From positions 576,001-640,000 of the forward strand of contig CAWFGE010000008.1 of assembly GCA_963815195.1 (NCBI GenBank): a stretch of DNA of 64,000 nucleotides. Direction: 5' to 3'. A program made the position numbers and the translations under genes. This document shows, piece by piece, positions 1-10,503 of the stretch; position 1 is the first letter of the stretch, and each line of letters opens with the position of its first letter. The DNA comes from an uncultured Planctomycetaceae bacterium. Lineage in GTDB: Bacteria; Planctomycetota; Planctomycetia; Planctomycetales; Planctomycetaceae. Below the pieces are notes generated by a model. It was not told the DNA's origin. It worked only from the letters and a program-made list of their open reading frames with translations, and ran no database searches.

Positions 1-100
1 CACGAGGTTTTGCGGGCATGGATCGAACCGTGTAACGGCTCAGTTCGAACTGGAATTTCTGGCTGGTTGGGTTAGTCTATTCTTATGAGAGGACCGACCC

Positions 101-424
101 ATGAGCAACAGCAAACGACGTCATTTTACGCCCGAGCAGAAAGCCGAGGTTGTCAGGCGGCATCTGTCGGGGAAGGAACCCGTCTCCAAACTCGCTGAGG
201 AGCTTGGGGTGCAGCCGAGCCAGATTCATGCGTGGGTGAACCTGGTTCTGGCGCAGGCGGAGCGGGCATTCGAGAAGTCTCAGCAGAATGGACGCGCGCG
301 GACGGACAAGGTCAAGGACCGCCGCATCGAACAGCTCGAAGGTAAGATCGCCGACAAGAACGAAGTGATCGCCGAGTTAATGGAGGCGAACGTTCGCGCA
401 AAAAAAGAGCTTGGGGAACTCTAA
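101..424 (+). CDS. IS3-family transposase OrfA (HTH)
   Basis: RRHFTPEQKAEVV...VSKLAEELGVQPSQIHAW HTH followed by a coiled coil; GAGAGGA RBS. Confidence 0.9.
   Translation: MSNSKRRHFTPEQKAEVVRRHLSGKEPVSKLAEELGVQPSQIHAWVNLVLAQAERAFEKSQQNGRARTDKVKDRRIEQLEGKIADKNEVIAELMEANVRAKKELGEL
400..407 (+). other. Programmed -1 ribosomal frameshift site (A7G)
   Basis: A AAA AAA G at 400-407; a -1 shift gives an open frame KKRAWGTLKGGWVPHDTRDEIVDY continuous with OrfB. Confidence 0.8.
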
Positions 425-1392
425 AAGGAGGCTGGGTTCCCCACGACACGCGCGACGAGATCGTGGATTACATCACGTATTGGACGGACCGCGCCGAGAT
501 TCCCGCCAAAACCCTTTTGGGTTGGCTGGAACTGGGCACGAGCAAGTACCACTCGTGGAAAGACCGCTACGGAAAAGCCAACGAGCACAACGGGAAGATT
601 CCCCGGGATCATTGGCTGGAGGATTGGGAGAAGGCGGCGATCGTCGACTATTTTGACCAGCATCCCTTGGAAGGCTATCGCCGGCTGACGTTCATGATGC
701 TCGATGATGACATCGTCGCCACAAGCCCGGCGACGGTGTATCGCGTGCTCAAAGCGAACCGGCGATTGGACCGCAGGAAGTTCTCGCCGTCCAAGAAAGG
801 CACAGGCTTCGTGCAGCCCTTAAAACCCCACGAACACTGGCACATCGACGTGTCTTACATCAACGTGGAAGGCACGTTTTACTACCTGACCAGCGTCTTG
901 GATGGCTGCAGCCGGGCCATTTTGCACTGGGACCTCAAGGAGTCGATGACCGAACAGGACGTGGAAGTTATTCTGCAAAAAGCGATCGAGACCTACCCCG
1001 GCGAATCGCCGCGGATCATCTCGGACAACGGGCCGCAGTTCATCGCGCGGGACTTCAAAGAGTTCATCCGCCTCGTGGGCGCCACACACGTGCGGACCAG
1101 TCCGTACTATCCCCAATCGAACGGCAAGATCGAACGTTGGCACGGAAGTTTGAAGTCCGAATGTATCCGGCCGAGTTGTCCGGCCAACGTCGAGGAAGCC
1201 CGGCGAAAGATTCAAAGCTATGTGGATCATTACAATAATGTGCGGCTGCATTCGGCCATCGGCTATGTGACGCCCGCCGATAAACTGGCGGGCATCGAAC
1301 AGGAGATCTTCACCGAACGCGACCGCAAGTTGGAAACCGCCCGAACGCGCCGTCAGGCCGCCCGGCAATTCGCGCGACAGGAGGTTGCTTGA
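400..1392 (+). CDS. IS3-family transposase OrfB (DDE integrase core)
   Basis: WHIDVSY, VLDGCSR, ISDNGPQF, PQSNGKIERW, YNNVRLHSAIGYVTP motifs. Confidence 0.93.
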   Translation, partial: KKRAWGTLKGGWVPHDTRDEIVDYITYWTDRAEIPAKTLLGWLELGTSKYHSWKDRYGKANEHNGKIPRDHWLEDWEKAAIVDYFDQHPLEGYRRLTFMMLDDDIVATSPATVYRVLKANRRLDRRKFSPSKKGTGFVQPLKPHEHWHIDVSYINVEGTFYYLTSVLDGCSRAILHWDLKESMTEQDVEVILQKAIETYPGESPRIISDNGPQFIARDFKEFIRLVGATHVRTSPYYPQSNGKIERWHGSLKSECIRPSCPANVEEARRKIQSYVDHYNNVRLHSAIGYVTPADKLAGIEQEIFTERDRKLETARTRRQAARQFARQEVA

Positions 1393-3030
1393 TGACAAGC
1401 CGCATGGCACAATCGAATGCGACCTGGGCGGAGGATACGGCTCTGCTGAGGAGCACCCGGGCGCCCGGTCGCCCACATCATCCAGCTCTGCACGCTGGTC
1501 TATCCGCAAAAGTACGGCAAGTCCGATCCGACCGCACGCGGCATGACCGGCCCCAAGAATGCCCAGGGAGAGACGACCTGGGGCGGACTGTCCGCTGAGG
1601 TTCGTTACTGGGGCAACTGGGTCCTCGACCGCGTTCGTAAGGAGATTGGCGACCTCTACCCGCCGATCCCAGATCCTGAAGTGTGGTCGACCCCGCCGGA
1701 GATTGAGTTTGATCGCCAGGCCAGCGCGTGGAACGTCGTCAAGGAAGGGAAGCTGAAGCGCGGCGTTCGACTCGAAGCGCCGGCAGTCCCTCGTTCGTTG
1801 CTGCCCGACAACGGGGACGACGAGACGGATGGCGAGGAGGCCAATGGCAGCGTGGATACCGGAGCGCCAGCACTGCCGCCTGGCTTTCTCCAGCCTGTCG
1901 CCTATCTCTGGACGCGGACCGTGCGCTGCAAAAACCCAGGATGTTCGGCAACCGTGCCGCTCGTCAAACAAACCTGGCTCTGCAAGAAGACTGATCGCAA
2001 CGTCGCCTTGAACATGATCGCCCCACGCGGCAAGAAGGCAGTGCGTTTCGACGTAGTCGAGAGTCAGCAAGAATCGAGTCTTGGCTTTGACCCATCGGCG
2101 TTCTCAAAAGCCGGCAATGCCACGTGCCCTTTTTGCGGTACTGTTGCAGACATCGAGTACGTAAAGAACGAAGGCTGGAATGGCAGAATGAGCCGACAGT
2201 TGATGGCGGTCGTCGGAACCAAGCATGGGCAAGTTGGGAAGCGCTATTTATCAGGCGATGAGTTCATCGAACTCAATCCTTCGGATAGTGATCTCGAGAA
2301 TGACATCCAATTGCTTGGAAACAGCCATGACCTGAGACCGCCAGAAGAACCTATCGCGAATCTTCCGGACGATGATCCACAGAACACGTTGGGGATCACG
2401 GTTCGCCCCTACGGAATGCGAAGATTCAAGGATCTCTTCTCGCTTCGGCAGCAACTCACTCTGCTTCGCTTCGCTGCTGCAACGAAAGATGCGCGTCATG
2501 AGATGGGATCGTGTGGTCTATCGTCGGACCAGAAAGCTGCGATAACTGCTGCGTTGGCCCTAGTTACTAGTCGGTTTTCAAATTTTTCCTCAACACTTTG
2601 CACGTGGTTTTACGACGGTGGTCGCGGCGTGAAGCACGTGTTTGCCCGCCAAGTTCTCACGATGGTTTGGGACTATGCGGAGACTAATCCGCTGTATCCG
2701 AAGGCTGCTAGTTGGCCAGCGTGTCTTGCGATTGTTGAGGCTGAGCTTTCTGGCCTTGCTCAACATTGGCCTTGTTCTGGTCAAGTCGGACGTGGCTCCG
2801 CGGCTCGCATCCCAAACAGCGATGAATCCTGTGATGTCGTGATCACTGATCCGCCTTACTACGATAACGTCCCCTATTCAAGCATCTCGGACTACTTCTA
2901 TGTCTGGCTGAAGAGAGTGGTTGGCGATTCGATGTCCGAGCACTTTTCAGGAAGCACTACTCCTAAGAAAGGGGAGATCGTTGCGGATGCACAACGGCAC
3001 GGTGGCGACCGGAATAAGGCCAACAATGAA

Positions 3031-4806
3031 CCCGGATTATTCACCAAAAAAGCTGAAAAAAGAAGGAACCATCGCGTGACCCTGTGCGTTTAAGGGTTAT
3101 ATCTAATCCCGAAACCCTACGGAGGAAACACGCGATGGGTGAAGCTCAGACTAACGTTTTCGAGCCCGATTTCAATCGTTCCGTCAAGGTCAAGTCCGTC
3201 GATCAGCGGCTCACGTCACACGCCGGTGCCGTTCTCCTGCGGGACTTCGATCATCGGCTCGGACTCACCGAATCCCTTGCCGATCGACTGATCGATCCTC
3301 GCCGGCAAGACCGCGTCCGCTATCAAGGCGTCGAACTGCTGCGGGAAAGAATCTACGCCATGGCCCTGGGAGAGTCCGATCAGGATGATCTCGACCGGCT
3401 CGCCCATGATCCCGCCATGAAGATGGCCGCCTGGGACCGGCCCGGCGAAGAAGTGCTCAACCAACGCCTGGCCAGCCAGCCCACCCAATCCCGGCTCATC
3501 GATTGGCTGGCCGACTGCAAGACGAATCTCGAAGCCGTGCGGAGCGCCTTGTTCGACTGGATCCATCGGCACATCAAAAGCACCGGCGACAGCGACCGCC
3601 GCGTCCGCTACGCCACCATCGACATTGACAGTTTCCCAATGCAGGTTTATGGCCAGCAGCCGGGGGCCCGCTACAACGGTTACTACAAGGAGACCGTCTA
3701 TCATCCGCTGGTCGCTAGTTTCTCGGTCGGCGGCGACTACGATACGCGCGGGAAGGCCAGCGGCTGGGCAACGGCTTCATTCATGCCATCCTGCGGCAAG
3801 GCAGCGTGCATACGGCCAATGGCATCCGGCGGTTTATTCGCAACGTGGTCGGCAAGGCCCGGCAACTGGCGTGGAGCTTCGACCTCCGGATCGATGCGGG
3901 TTTCATCGCCGGCCCGGTGTTGGATGAGTTGACCGACGAAAACATCCGTTTTTGCGGGAGAATCAAGAAGAACAACGTGCTGGAAGAGATGGCCGCGCCC
4001 TATCTGACACGTCCCGTAGGCCGGCCGCCCAAAGGCGGATATGAGGACGTGATCGAACTCGGAAAGTACCAAGCCGAGGGCTGGCGTCATCCGCAGCGGG
4101 TGATTCTGGTCATCGTCGACAAGCCGGAGGCGAAGACGGGCCAACTGGCTCTGTTTCCGCGTTACTTCTTCCTGATCACAAACTGGACCGAGGAGCAACG
4201 CTCGGCGGATGAGGTGTTGTCGCACTACCGCAAGCGCGGCACGTTCGAGGACCGGCTGGGCGAATTCAACGCGGTGATTGGCTGCCGTCTTTCGTCATCG
4301 GTGTTTGCGGAGAACGAAGTGACGTTGCTGTTGGGCCTGCTGGCGTTCAACCTGGCGTCGATGCTGCGGATCGAGTTCGAGGACGAGTTGGGCGGTTGCT
4401 GGGACTTGCATCGTTTCCAGCAGTCGGTGCTGCGGACAGGAGCGCGGGTCGTGAAGCACTCCCGCCGCCTCGTGATTTACATTGAGGAAAGCGTGAGCGC
4501 GTTTGGGCCGCGATGTCTTCCCGCATCCGATCGCTGCGTCTGGCCAACCTCTGGCCACGTCCGCGCGGAGCTCGCCCGCGGCCCTACACACCTCTCCCAC
4601 GTCACGCCCATGAGCAACTGGTTCTTCGGGACTGAGCAGTTCGCCATCGTGGCATCCGCCTTTCTGTTTCTTTCCTTCACTCACCCAACGATCGCCAGGC
4701 CCCAGGGGGAAAGGGGGCGGTCCGCCCATCCTCCGCTCCCCAACCACCCGGTGCACTTTCCGCCACGGAAATACTCACCACGCACGAACCTGATGAATAA
4801 TCCGGG
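3031..4806 (+). mobile_element. IS1380-family insertion sequence
   Basis: 13-bp terminal IRs CCCGGATTATTCA (3031-3043) and TGAATAATCCGGG (4794-4806); 5-bp target duplication ATGAA at 3026-3030 and 4807-4811. Confidence 0.95.
3135..4640 (+). CDS. IS1380-family transposase (frameshifts near 3750 and 4505; end approximate)
   Basis: LTSHAGAVLL, LASQPTQSR, IDIDS, YNGYY..YHPL, RIDAGF, HYRKRGTFEDRLGE, LLAFNL motifs; GGAGG RBS. Confidence 0.85.
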
Positions 4807-5920
4807 ATGAATATGAGTCGCTAATGGAGCAGGCGTTTCGCGAAGCGGGTCGTATCCTTAAACCCCAATCGCCGCTTGTTGTTGTCTATGCACACAAGAC
4901 CACTCTCGGTTGGGCAACACTCGTTGAGTCATTGCGGCGAGCTGGATTTTCCGTTACCGAGGCGTGGCCGCTCGATACGGAGAATGCCTCGCGAATGCGC
5001 CAAAAGACTCCGCCGCCCTCGCATCCAGCATCTTTCTTGTCGCCCGTAAACGCGGATCAAGCGCTGGCGTCGGCAATTACGAAGACGACGTACAGCCGGA
5101 CTTGCAGCAGATCGTGCGGGAGCGAGTCGAGACGCTTTGGGAGATGGGGATCGCGGGGGCGGACCTGGTAATTGCGTGCGTGGGCGCGGGACTGCGGGCG
5201 TTTACGAAGTACGAGCGGGTCGAGTATGCGAACGGAGAGGAAGTTCCCGCCCAAAAGTTTCTGGCCGAGGTCGAGGGGGTCGTGCTTGACACGATGATGG
5301 GCAAGCTCTTCGGTCAAGCAAGTGCGAAGGTCAGCGCCATCGACCCGGCAAGCCGCTTCTACATCCTCTGGCGGTTCGTCTACAAGGCGTCCGAGATCGA
5401 CGCGGGCGAAGCCATTGTGTTCACCTACGCACAGCACGTTGAGCTGGATGGGCCATTGGGCCTTTCGACCGGCAAGGCCGCGCTGGTCGAAAAGAAAAAG
5501 TCGAAGTACCGTGCCCGTGACTTCACCGAGCGGGGCGACAACGACAAGCTCGGCCTGCCGAGCGACGATGGCCAGCCCGCACCGCTGATTGATGTACTCC
5601 ACCGGACGCTCTGGTTGATGGAGAATAGTCCCCGCAAGCTGAAGGAATTCCTGATTGAGACCGAACCCGACCGAGAACGGCTGAGGCTGTTGGCACAAGC
5701 ACTCGTCGGCGCAGCACTTTCCGGCAAAAGCGAGGAGGACGCTGAAAAGCTCATCGGGACGACCGCCGCAGAACGCTCCGCCCTCGGCAAGCTGCTGGCA
5801 AACTGGAAAGCGGTAATTGAAAGCGCCGTGATCTCGCCCGCGGAGCGAAGCGACAAGAAGGCGGGGCAGAAACGATGGGAATTCGAGTAACAACATCCTC
5901 AGCAATTCGGCGGACTCAAC

Positions 5921-7562
5921 ATGGCGACGAAAACCGAGTCAATCCTGTCTCTGCTCAATCAGATCCGGAACGATCAGCAGACTGGTGTTGCCGGATCTCC
6001 AGCGGGACTTTGTCTGGGGCCGAGACCAGATTCGATTGTTGATGGATTCGGTCATGCGGGAATACCCATTTGGCTCGCTCCTGATGTGGCAGACTCGCTT
6101 CCTTGAAGTCCCCTATCGAGAATTTCTGCAGGATTACTCGCCAGGTGCGACCTTCATTCCCAAGATCAAGAAGGCGGGCGTACCGCTACGAATGGTTCTC
6201 GACGGCCAGCAGCGGCTTCAGTCCTTGTTCATCGCAATTTATGGCTCGCACGATAAAAGACGCCTCTATCTGAACGTCACGAGTGGCCCCGGCGCTTCGT
6301 CCGAACAGGACGACTCGGATGATGGTGTGCCTGCGTCGTATCGATTTGAGTTTTGGCAGGACAGCGATCCCAATCGTCCGAAACGGCTTGTGCTGGTTTC
6401 CGAGGTTGTGACTTGGACCGCGCGTTATGAGGATACACAGATCGACAAGCTCATCCGAGATATTGGGCTCAAGGACGCGGAAGCCGCACGTGCTCGGCGA
6501 AACCTGCGATTATTGCGTCAGGTAATGAGCCGGAGTGATTTGGTTCCAGTCGAAACGATTGACGATGAAGCCCCCGATGCCGATTCGGCCCGCAGCATCG
6601 ATGAAATCTTGGAGATCTTCGTTCGAGTCAACACCGGGGGGACACGGCTCAGCCGGTCGGACCTGATGTTTTCGTTTTTGAAGACGAAATGGGGAGGTGC
6701 TCGAGTCGCGTTCGATGACTTGGTGCACTCCGTCGAGGCGAAGTCGCCGTTTGGGATCGACAAAGACTTCGTGATTCGTGGTCTTCTGATGGTTGCCGAC
6801 GCGCCCGTTAGTTACGACGTGGACAATGTTCAACGGCATTGGGCACAGCTAGAACCGGCGTTTGAACAGTTTCAGAAAGCACTTCATAGCACCGTTGACT
6901 TTATTAGAAGTCCAGATGTTGGAATCTTGAGTCGAACTCTCGTTCAGCCGCTTTCGACGCTTTATCCGCTCGTCTATTATCTCTTTCACTGCAAGAACGG
7001 TTCCGTCCCGGATGACCAGCGTGCCGCGCTGAAGTCCGCGCTGTACTTCCTGCTGTTTAATGGATTCGTGCGTTCCGAGGCACGGATTCGATACCTTCGA
7101 GACGAGATCAAGAAGCACAAGGGGAAGGCTTTTCCGCTGGATGGCGTCCTGAAGGTGGTTGAGACCAGGCAGAAGCATCACCATACCAAGACCTCAGCGG
7201 CGATGCTGGAGGACGATATTAAGCTCGCGCTGAATCTGGTCCAACCTACAGTGTGCCGCGAGACGCTTTCCTGGCAGGAATCGCCGGAAGTGGACCATAT
7301 CTTCCCGCAGTCGGTCTTTCGTCCGAAATTCCCGTTGCTCGTCGATGACATTGGAAACCTCGCATTCTTGGGGAAATTGAGGAACATCCGCAAGAGCGCC
7401 GAGATGCCATTAGAGTACTTCAAGGGTGAATCCGACGAGGCCTTGCGGGACAACTTTGCGATTGAGGATCGAACACTGCTCGAGCCCGATAAGTTCGAGG
7501 ACTTCGTCCAAACTCGCCGCGACTTGATCGTCACAAGAATCAAAGCCGCACTTGGCCGGTGA
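5921..7562 (+). CDS. DUF262 + C-terminal HNH (GmrSD-like) nuclease, frameshift near 5980
   Basis: LPDLQRDFVW, YPFGSLLMW, VLDGQQRLQSL, IFVRVNTGGTRL; C-terminal EVDHIFPQ...IGNLAFL...RN. Confidence 0.88.
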
Positions 7563-7597
7563 TCCGAAGCATTCATTTGACAGGGAATCACAAGATA

Positions 7598-10477
7598 ATG
7601 TCAGTTCACGCACTCAAACCCTGGACCGAACTCGTCAACCTACACCCGGATGTTGAGTCGGGTAGTCTTGCAGAGGCTGTTTTTGCCATCGACCTTGGCG
7701 CTATTGCCACACGCGACGCGACCGCGCCTAAAGTCTACAGCAATCCGGATGCATTCTTCGCCGCGACGTATATCACCTCGGATTTGTATCGTCTGTTGGA
7801 GGAAGTGCTTGCCAGTCTCGACGGTCAGGGCACATACAACCGGGTGCTAAAGCTGCGCAGCCCGTTCGGGGGCGGCAAGTCGCACACGCTCGCATCGCTG
7901 CTTCACGCCGCCAAGTCGCGCAAGAGCCTGAACCAGATTGCCAAATGTCGGGCGCTTGCCGATCCTGGCCCGGTTGATGTGGCCGTTTTCGATGGCGAGA
8001 AGTTTACCGCAACCGGTGATAAGGACGTTGGGGGCGGCCAGACAGTCAACACCATGTGGGGATGGATCGGCTGGCAGCTTGGGCCGGAATCATACAAGGT
8101 GGTCAAAAAGCACGATGTGGAGCGAGTTTCGCCGGCGGGCGATGAAGTGAAGGCCATGCTCGAAGCTGGCGGTAAGCCTGTGCTGTTGCTGCTGGACGAG
8201 GTTCTCAAGTACATGGAGCGGGCGGCAGCGGTCGGAGTCAAGGATTCGACCTTGCAACGCCAAGCCAAGGACTTCATACAAAATCTGACCGTTGAGGTCG
8301 CAAACAGCACCAATGCCGTGATGGTCTATTCGCTCCAATGGAGCGCCCGCGAGGCGCTGGGGAATGTTGCCTTGCTGGAAGAGTTGGACAAGCTGACCAG
8401 CCGGAAGGACCAGGTCCGTGAGCCGGTCACTGGCGACGAGGTGCTGGCGGTCGTCAAAACGCGATTGCTGAGCGCCGATCCCTCCGAAGAGATCTGTTCG
8501 CAGATCGCGGCCGCGTATAGCGATGTTGTCGGTAACTTCTGGCGTGCCCGCGCGGAAACGACCTCAGCCAAGCAGGATGCAGAGGAGCAGGCCCTACAGC
8601 TTAAGAGCCGGATGCAGGCGGCGTATCCGTTCCATCCCGCGCTCATCGATGTGATGAACACGCGCTGGACCAGCGTGGACGGTTTTCAGCGGACACGAGG
8701 CGCGTTGCGATTTCTTGCATCGTGCTTGCATGCGCTCAAGGAGCGTGGCGGTGCCAAACCGATCCTTGGCCCGGCGGACATTCCGATCAATGATGCGGAA
8801 GTCGTTCGGGCGATGCTCAAAGACCTTGATCCCAGGCAAGATTATTCCCCCGTGCTCAAACACGACCTCGTTGGCCCCAGCGCTCGGGCGAAACGGATTG
8901 ACGACCGACTCGCAAAGGAGACGCCCGCTCTGGCGAATGTTCGGCCGGCGCAGCGATTGGCGACGGCGATCCTCGCATACAGCTTCGGCGGTTTGAAACG
9001 TGAAGACGGCGCGGAAACGCTGCCTCCCGGCGTAACCGAGTCGGAATTGCTGGCGGCTTGTGTCGGGCCTGATCTGGATAGTATCACCGCATCAGCCGTG
9101 CTGGGTGAATTGCGTAATGCCTGTCTTTATCTGCACTACGACGGCATTCGCTATTGCTTCAAGAAGGATGCCAATGTCACAAAGCTGATCGAGGATGCAG
9201 AGCAGGAGGTCGCTCGCGACGCGGACGCGGTCCGAGAGCGGGTAAAACATTTGTTAGAGCAGCGGCTAGCTGGGAAAAACGATGCCATCGTCTGGCCGCC
9301 AACGTCACAGGATCTGCCGAACAACGAACCATGCTTTCTGATCGGTTACATGTCTTTGGAATTAGCCGGCAAGTCGGCCTCCCAGCAGAACGAGGAAGCC
9401 GTGGCGATGCTGTCGAAGTTCGGGGAAAAACCCCGCGAATATCGTAATGGTGTCGCGCTCGCCATTCCCGACAAAAAGCCAATCGAGTCGTTGCGGCGGG
9501 CGGTTCGCTATTTGATGGCCGTCGAAAGGGTAGAGACGAAGAAGAAGCAGCACAAATTGACGAAGGACCAAGACGACCAACTCAAGGAACGACGCCGCAC
9601 TGAGGAGGCTGCAATCGAGACGGCGTTCCGGCAACTTTATCCTTCGGTTTGGCTGCCACGAGTCGGCAGCGGCGGAGCGATCGAGCTGGAGAGGATCGAG
9701 GTCGGCGGCCGCCCTCTTCAGGCGACCGGAGTTCACGAACGGGTGATGGAATTGCTGACCTCCGTTGGGACGCCCAAGATTCACGGGACCCTACATCCCC
9801 GCAAGATCATTGAGCGCATGAAACTCGGAGAGTCACTTGCGGAAGGCGAGCCACCTCGTTTGGGTGTTTCGACGAAGGATGTGCGGGATGCGTTTTTCGG
9901 ATTCCTGGAACCACCACGAATCAATTCGGATCAAGTGCTGCGGAAATCCGTCGCGCGGGGCGTGTCTGAGGGAATGTTTGGATACTGTAGCGGGAAACCG
10001 TCCCTTGGCGCGGATGGCAAGTTCGAAGTGGCAACGTCGAAAGTCGCCATCGGTCGCACGATGGCAGACGATGAAATCGATTTCGACAACGGTTTCCTGA
10101 TTGCGCCCGACGCGGTTCCCGTGCCGCCAACACCTCCCACAGGCAACGAGCCAGACGGCGGCGTTACTCCTCCGGCGACTGGCGGCGAAATGCCCGCTGG
10201 CGGCGAGCAGCCCGCGGGCGGCGGCTTTACCGGTGGTGTCGGTAATCCGACCGCTCGCACCGACGTTCGGATTACTTTCCCCGCGTCGCGCGACGACGTC
10301 TTTAAGTCATTTCAGGCAATCGCCAATCTCGCGGACAAGTCGGAGGGCGGAAAGATTAAGATCACGATCGACGGTCACGCATCCGCTGGTTACGACCCGA
10401 ACTGGCTGAGGAACGCCGTTGAGGAACCGCTCGACGAAGCGGACATTGATGGCCTGGAGATTACAGACGAAAGTTGA
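7598..10477 (+). CDS. DUF499-family P-loop ATPase
   Basis: KPWTELVNLHPDV, FAIDL, Walker A FGGGKSH, LLLDE, YPFHP, FQRTRGALRFLA; P/G-rich linker before a small C-terminal domain. Confidence 0.9.
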   Translation: MSVHALKPWTELVNLHPDVESGSLAEAVFAIDLGAIATRDATAPKVYSNPDAFFAATYITSDLYRLLEEVLASLDGQGTYNRVLKLRSPFGGGKSHTLASLLHAAKSRKSLNQIAKCRALADPGPVDVAVFDGEKFTATGDKDVGGGQTVNTMWGWIGWQLGPESYKVVKKHDVERVSPAGDEVKAMLEAGGKPVLLLLDEVLKYMERAAAVGVKDSTLQRQAKDFIQNLTVEVANSTNAVMVYSLQWSAREALGNVALLEELDKLTSRKDQVREPVTGDEVLAVVKTRLLSADPSEEICSQIAAAYSDVVGNFWRARAETTSAKQDAEEQALQLKSRMQAAYPFHPALIDVMNTRWTSVDGFQRTRGALRFLASCLHALKERGGAKPILGPADIPINDAEVVRAMLKDLDPRQDYSPVLKHDLVGPSARAKRIDDRLAKETPALANVRPAQRLATAILAYSFGGLKREDGAETLPPGVTESELLAACVGPDLDSITASAVLGELRNACLYLHYDGIRYCFKKDANVTKLIEDAEQEVARDADAVRERVKHLLEQRLAGKNDAIVWPPTSQDLPNNEPCFLIGYMSLELAGKSASQQNEEAVAMLSKFGEKPREYRNGVALAIPDKKPIESLRRAVRYLMAVERVETKKKQHKLTKDQDDQLKERRRTEEAAIETAFRQLYPSVWLPRVGSGGAIELERIEVGGRPLQATGVHERVMELLTSVGTPKIHGTLHPRKIIERMKLGESLAEGEPPRLGVSTKDVRDAFFGFLEPPRINSDQVLRKSVARGVSEGMFGYCSGKPSLGADGKFEVATSKVAIGRTMADDEIDFDNGFLIAPDAVPVPPTPPTGNEPDGGVTPPATGGEMPAGGEQPAGGGFTGGVGNPTARTDVRITFPASRDDVFKSFQAIANLADKSEGGKIKITIDGHASAGYDPNWLRNAVEEPLDEADIDGLEITDES

Positions 10478-10503
10478 CGTATGTAGTTCACGAGGTTAGC
10501 AGA

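Larger units (their letters stand above)
31..1464 (+). mobile_element. IS3-family insertion sequence, right end apparently missing
   Basis: Candidate left end TGTAACGGCTCAG at 31; orfA/orfB layout; no complementary right IR before the methylase frame resumes at 1465. Confidence 0.8.
1465..5890 (+). pseudogene. DUF1156-type Zn-ribbon adenine DNA methylase; 5' truncated by IS3, split by IS1380, frameshift near 5000
   Basis: PVAHIIQLCTLVYPQKYG, VAYLWTRTVRCKNPGC, CPFC, MVWDYAETNP, TDPPYYDNV; removing the IS1380 restores ANNEYESLMEQAFREAGRILKP; then YAHKTTLGW, WPLDTE, SSIFLVARKR. Confidence 0.9.

Noticed and set aside
1..30. Left flank of the IS3 as the missing 5' part of the methylase
   Set aside because: Joining via CCG gives HEVLRAWIEPVAH, which does not match the expected family context (..[D/E]LNPVA); 30 bp is too short to decide.
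1406..1421. Other TGGCAC sigma54-like motifs (here, near 20475 and near 30857)
   Set aside because: Wrong GG-to-GC spacing, or located inside a coding region without TTGC.
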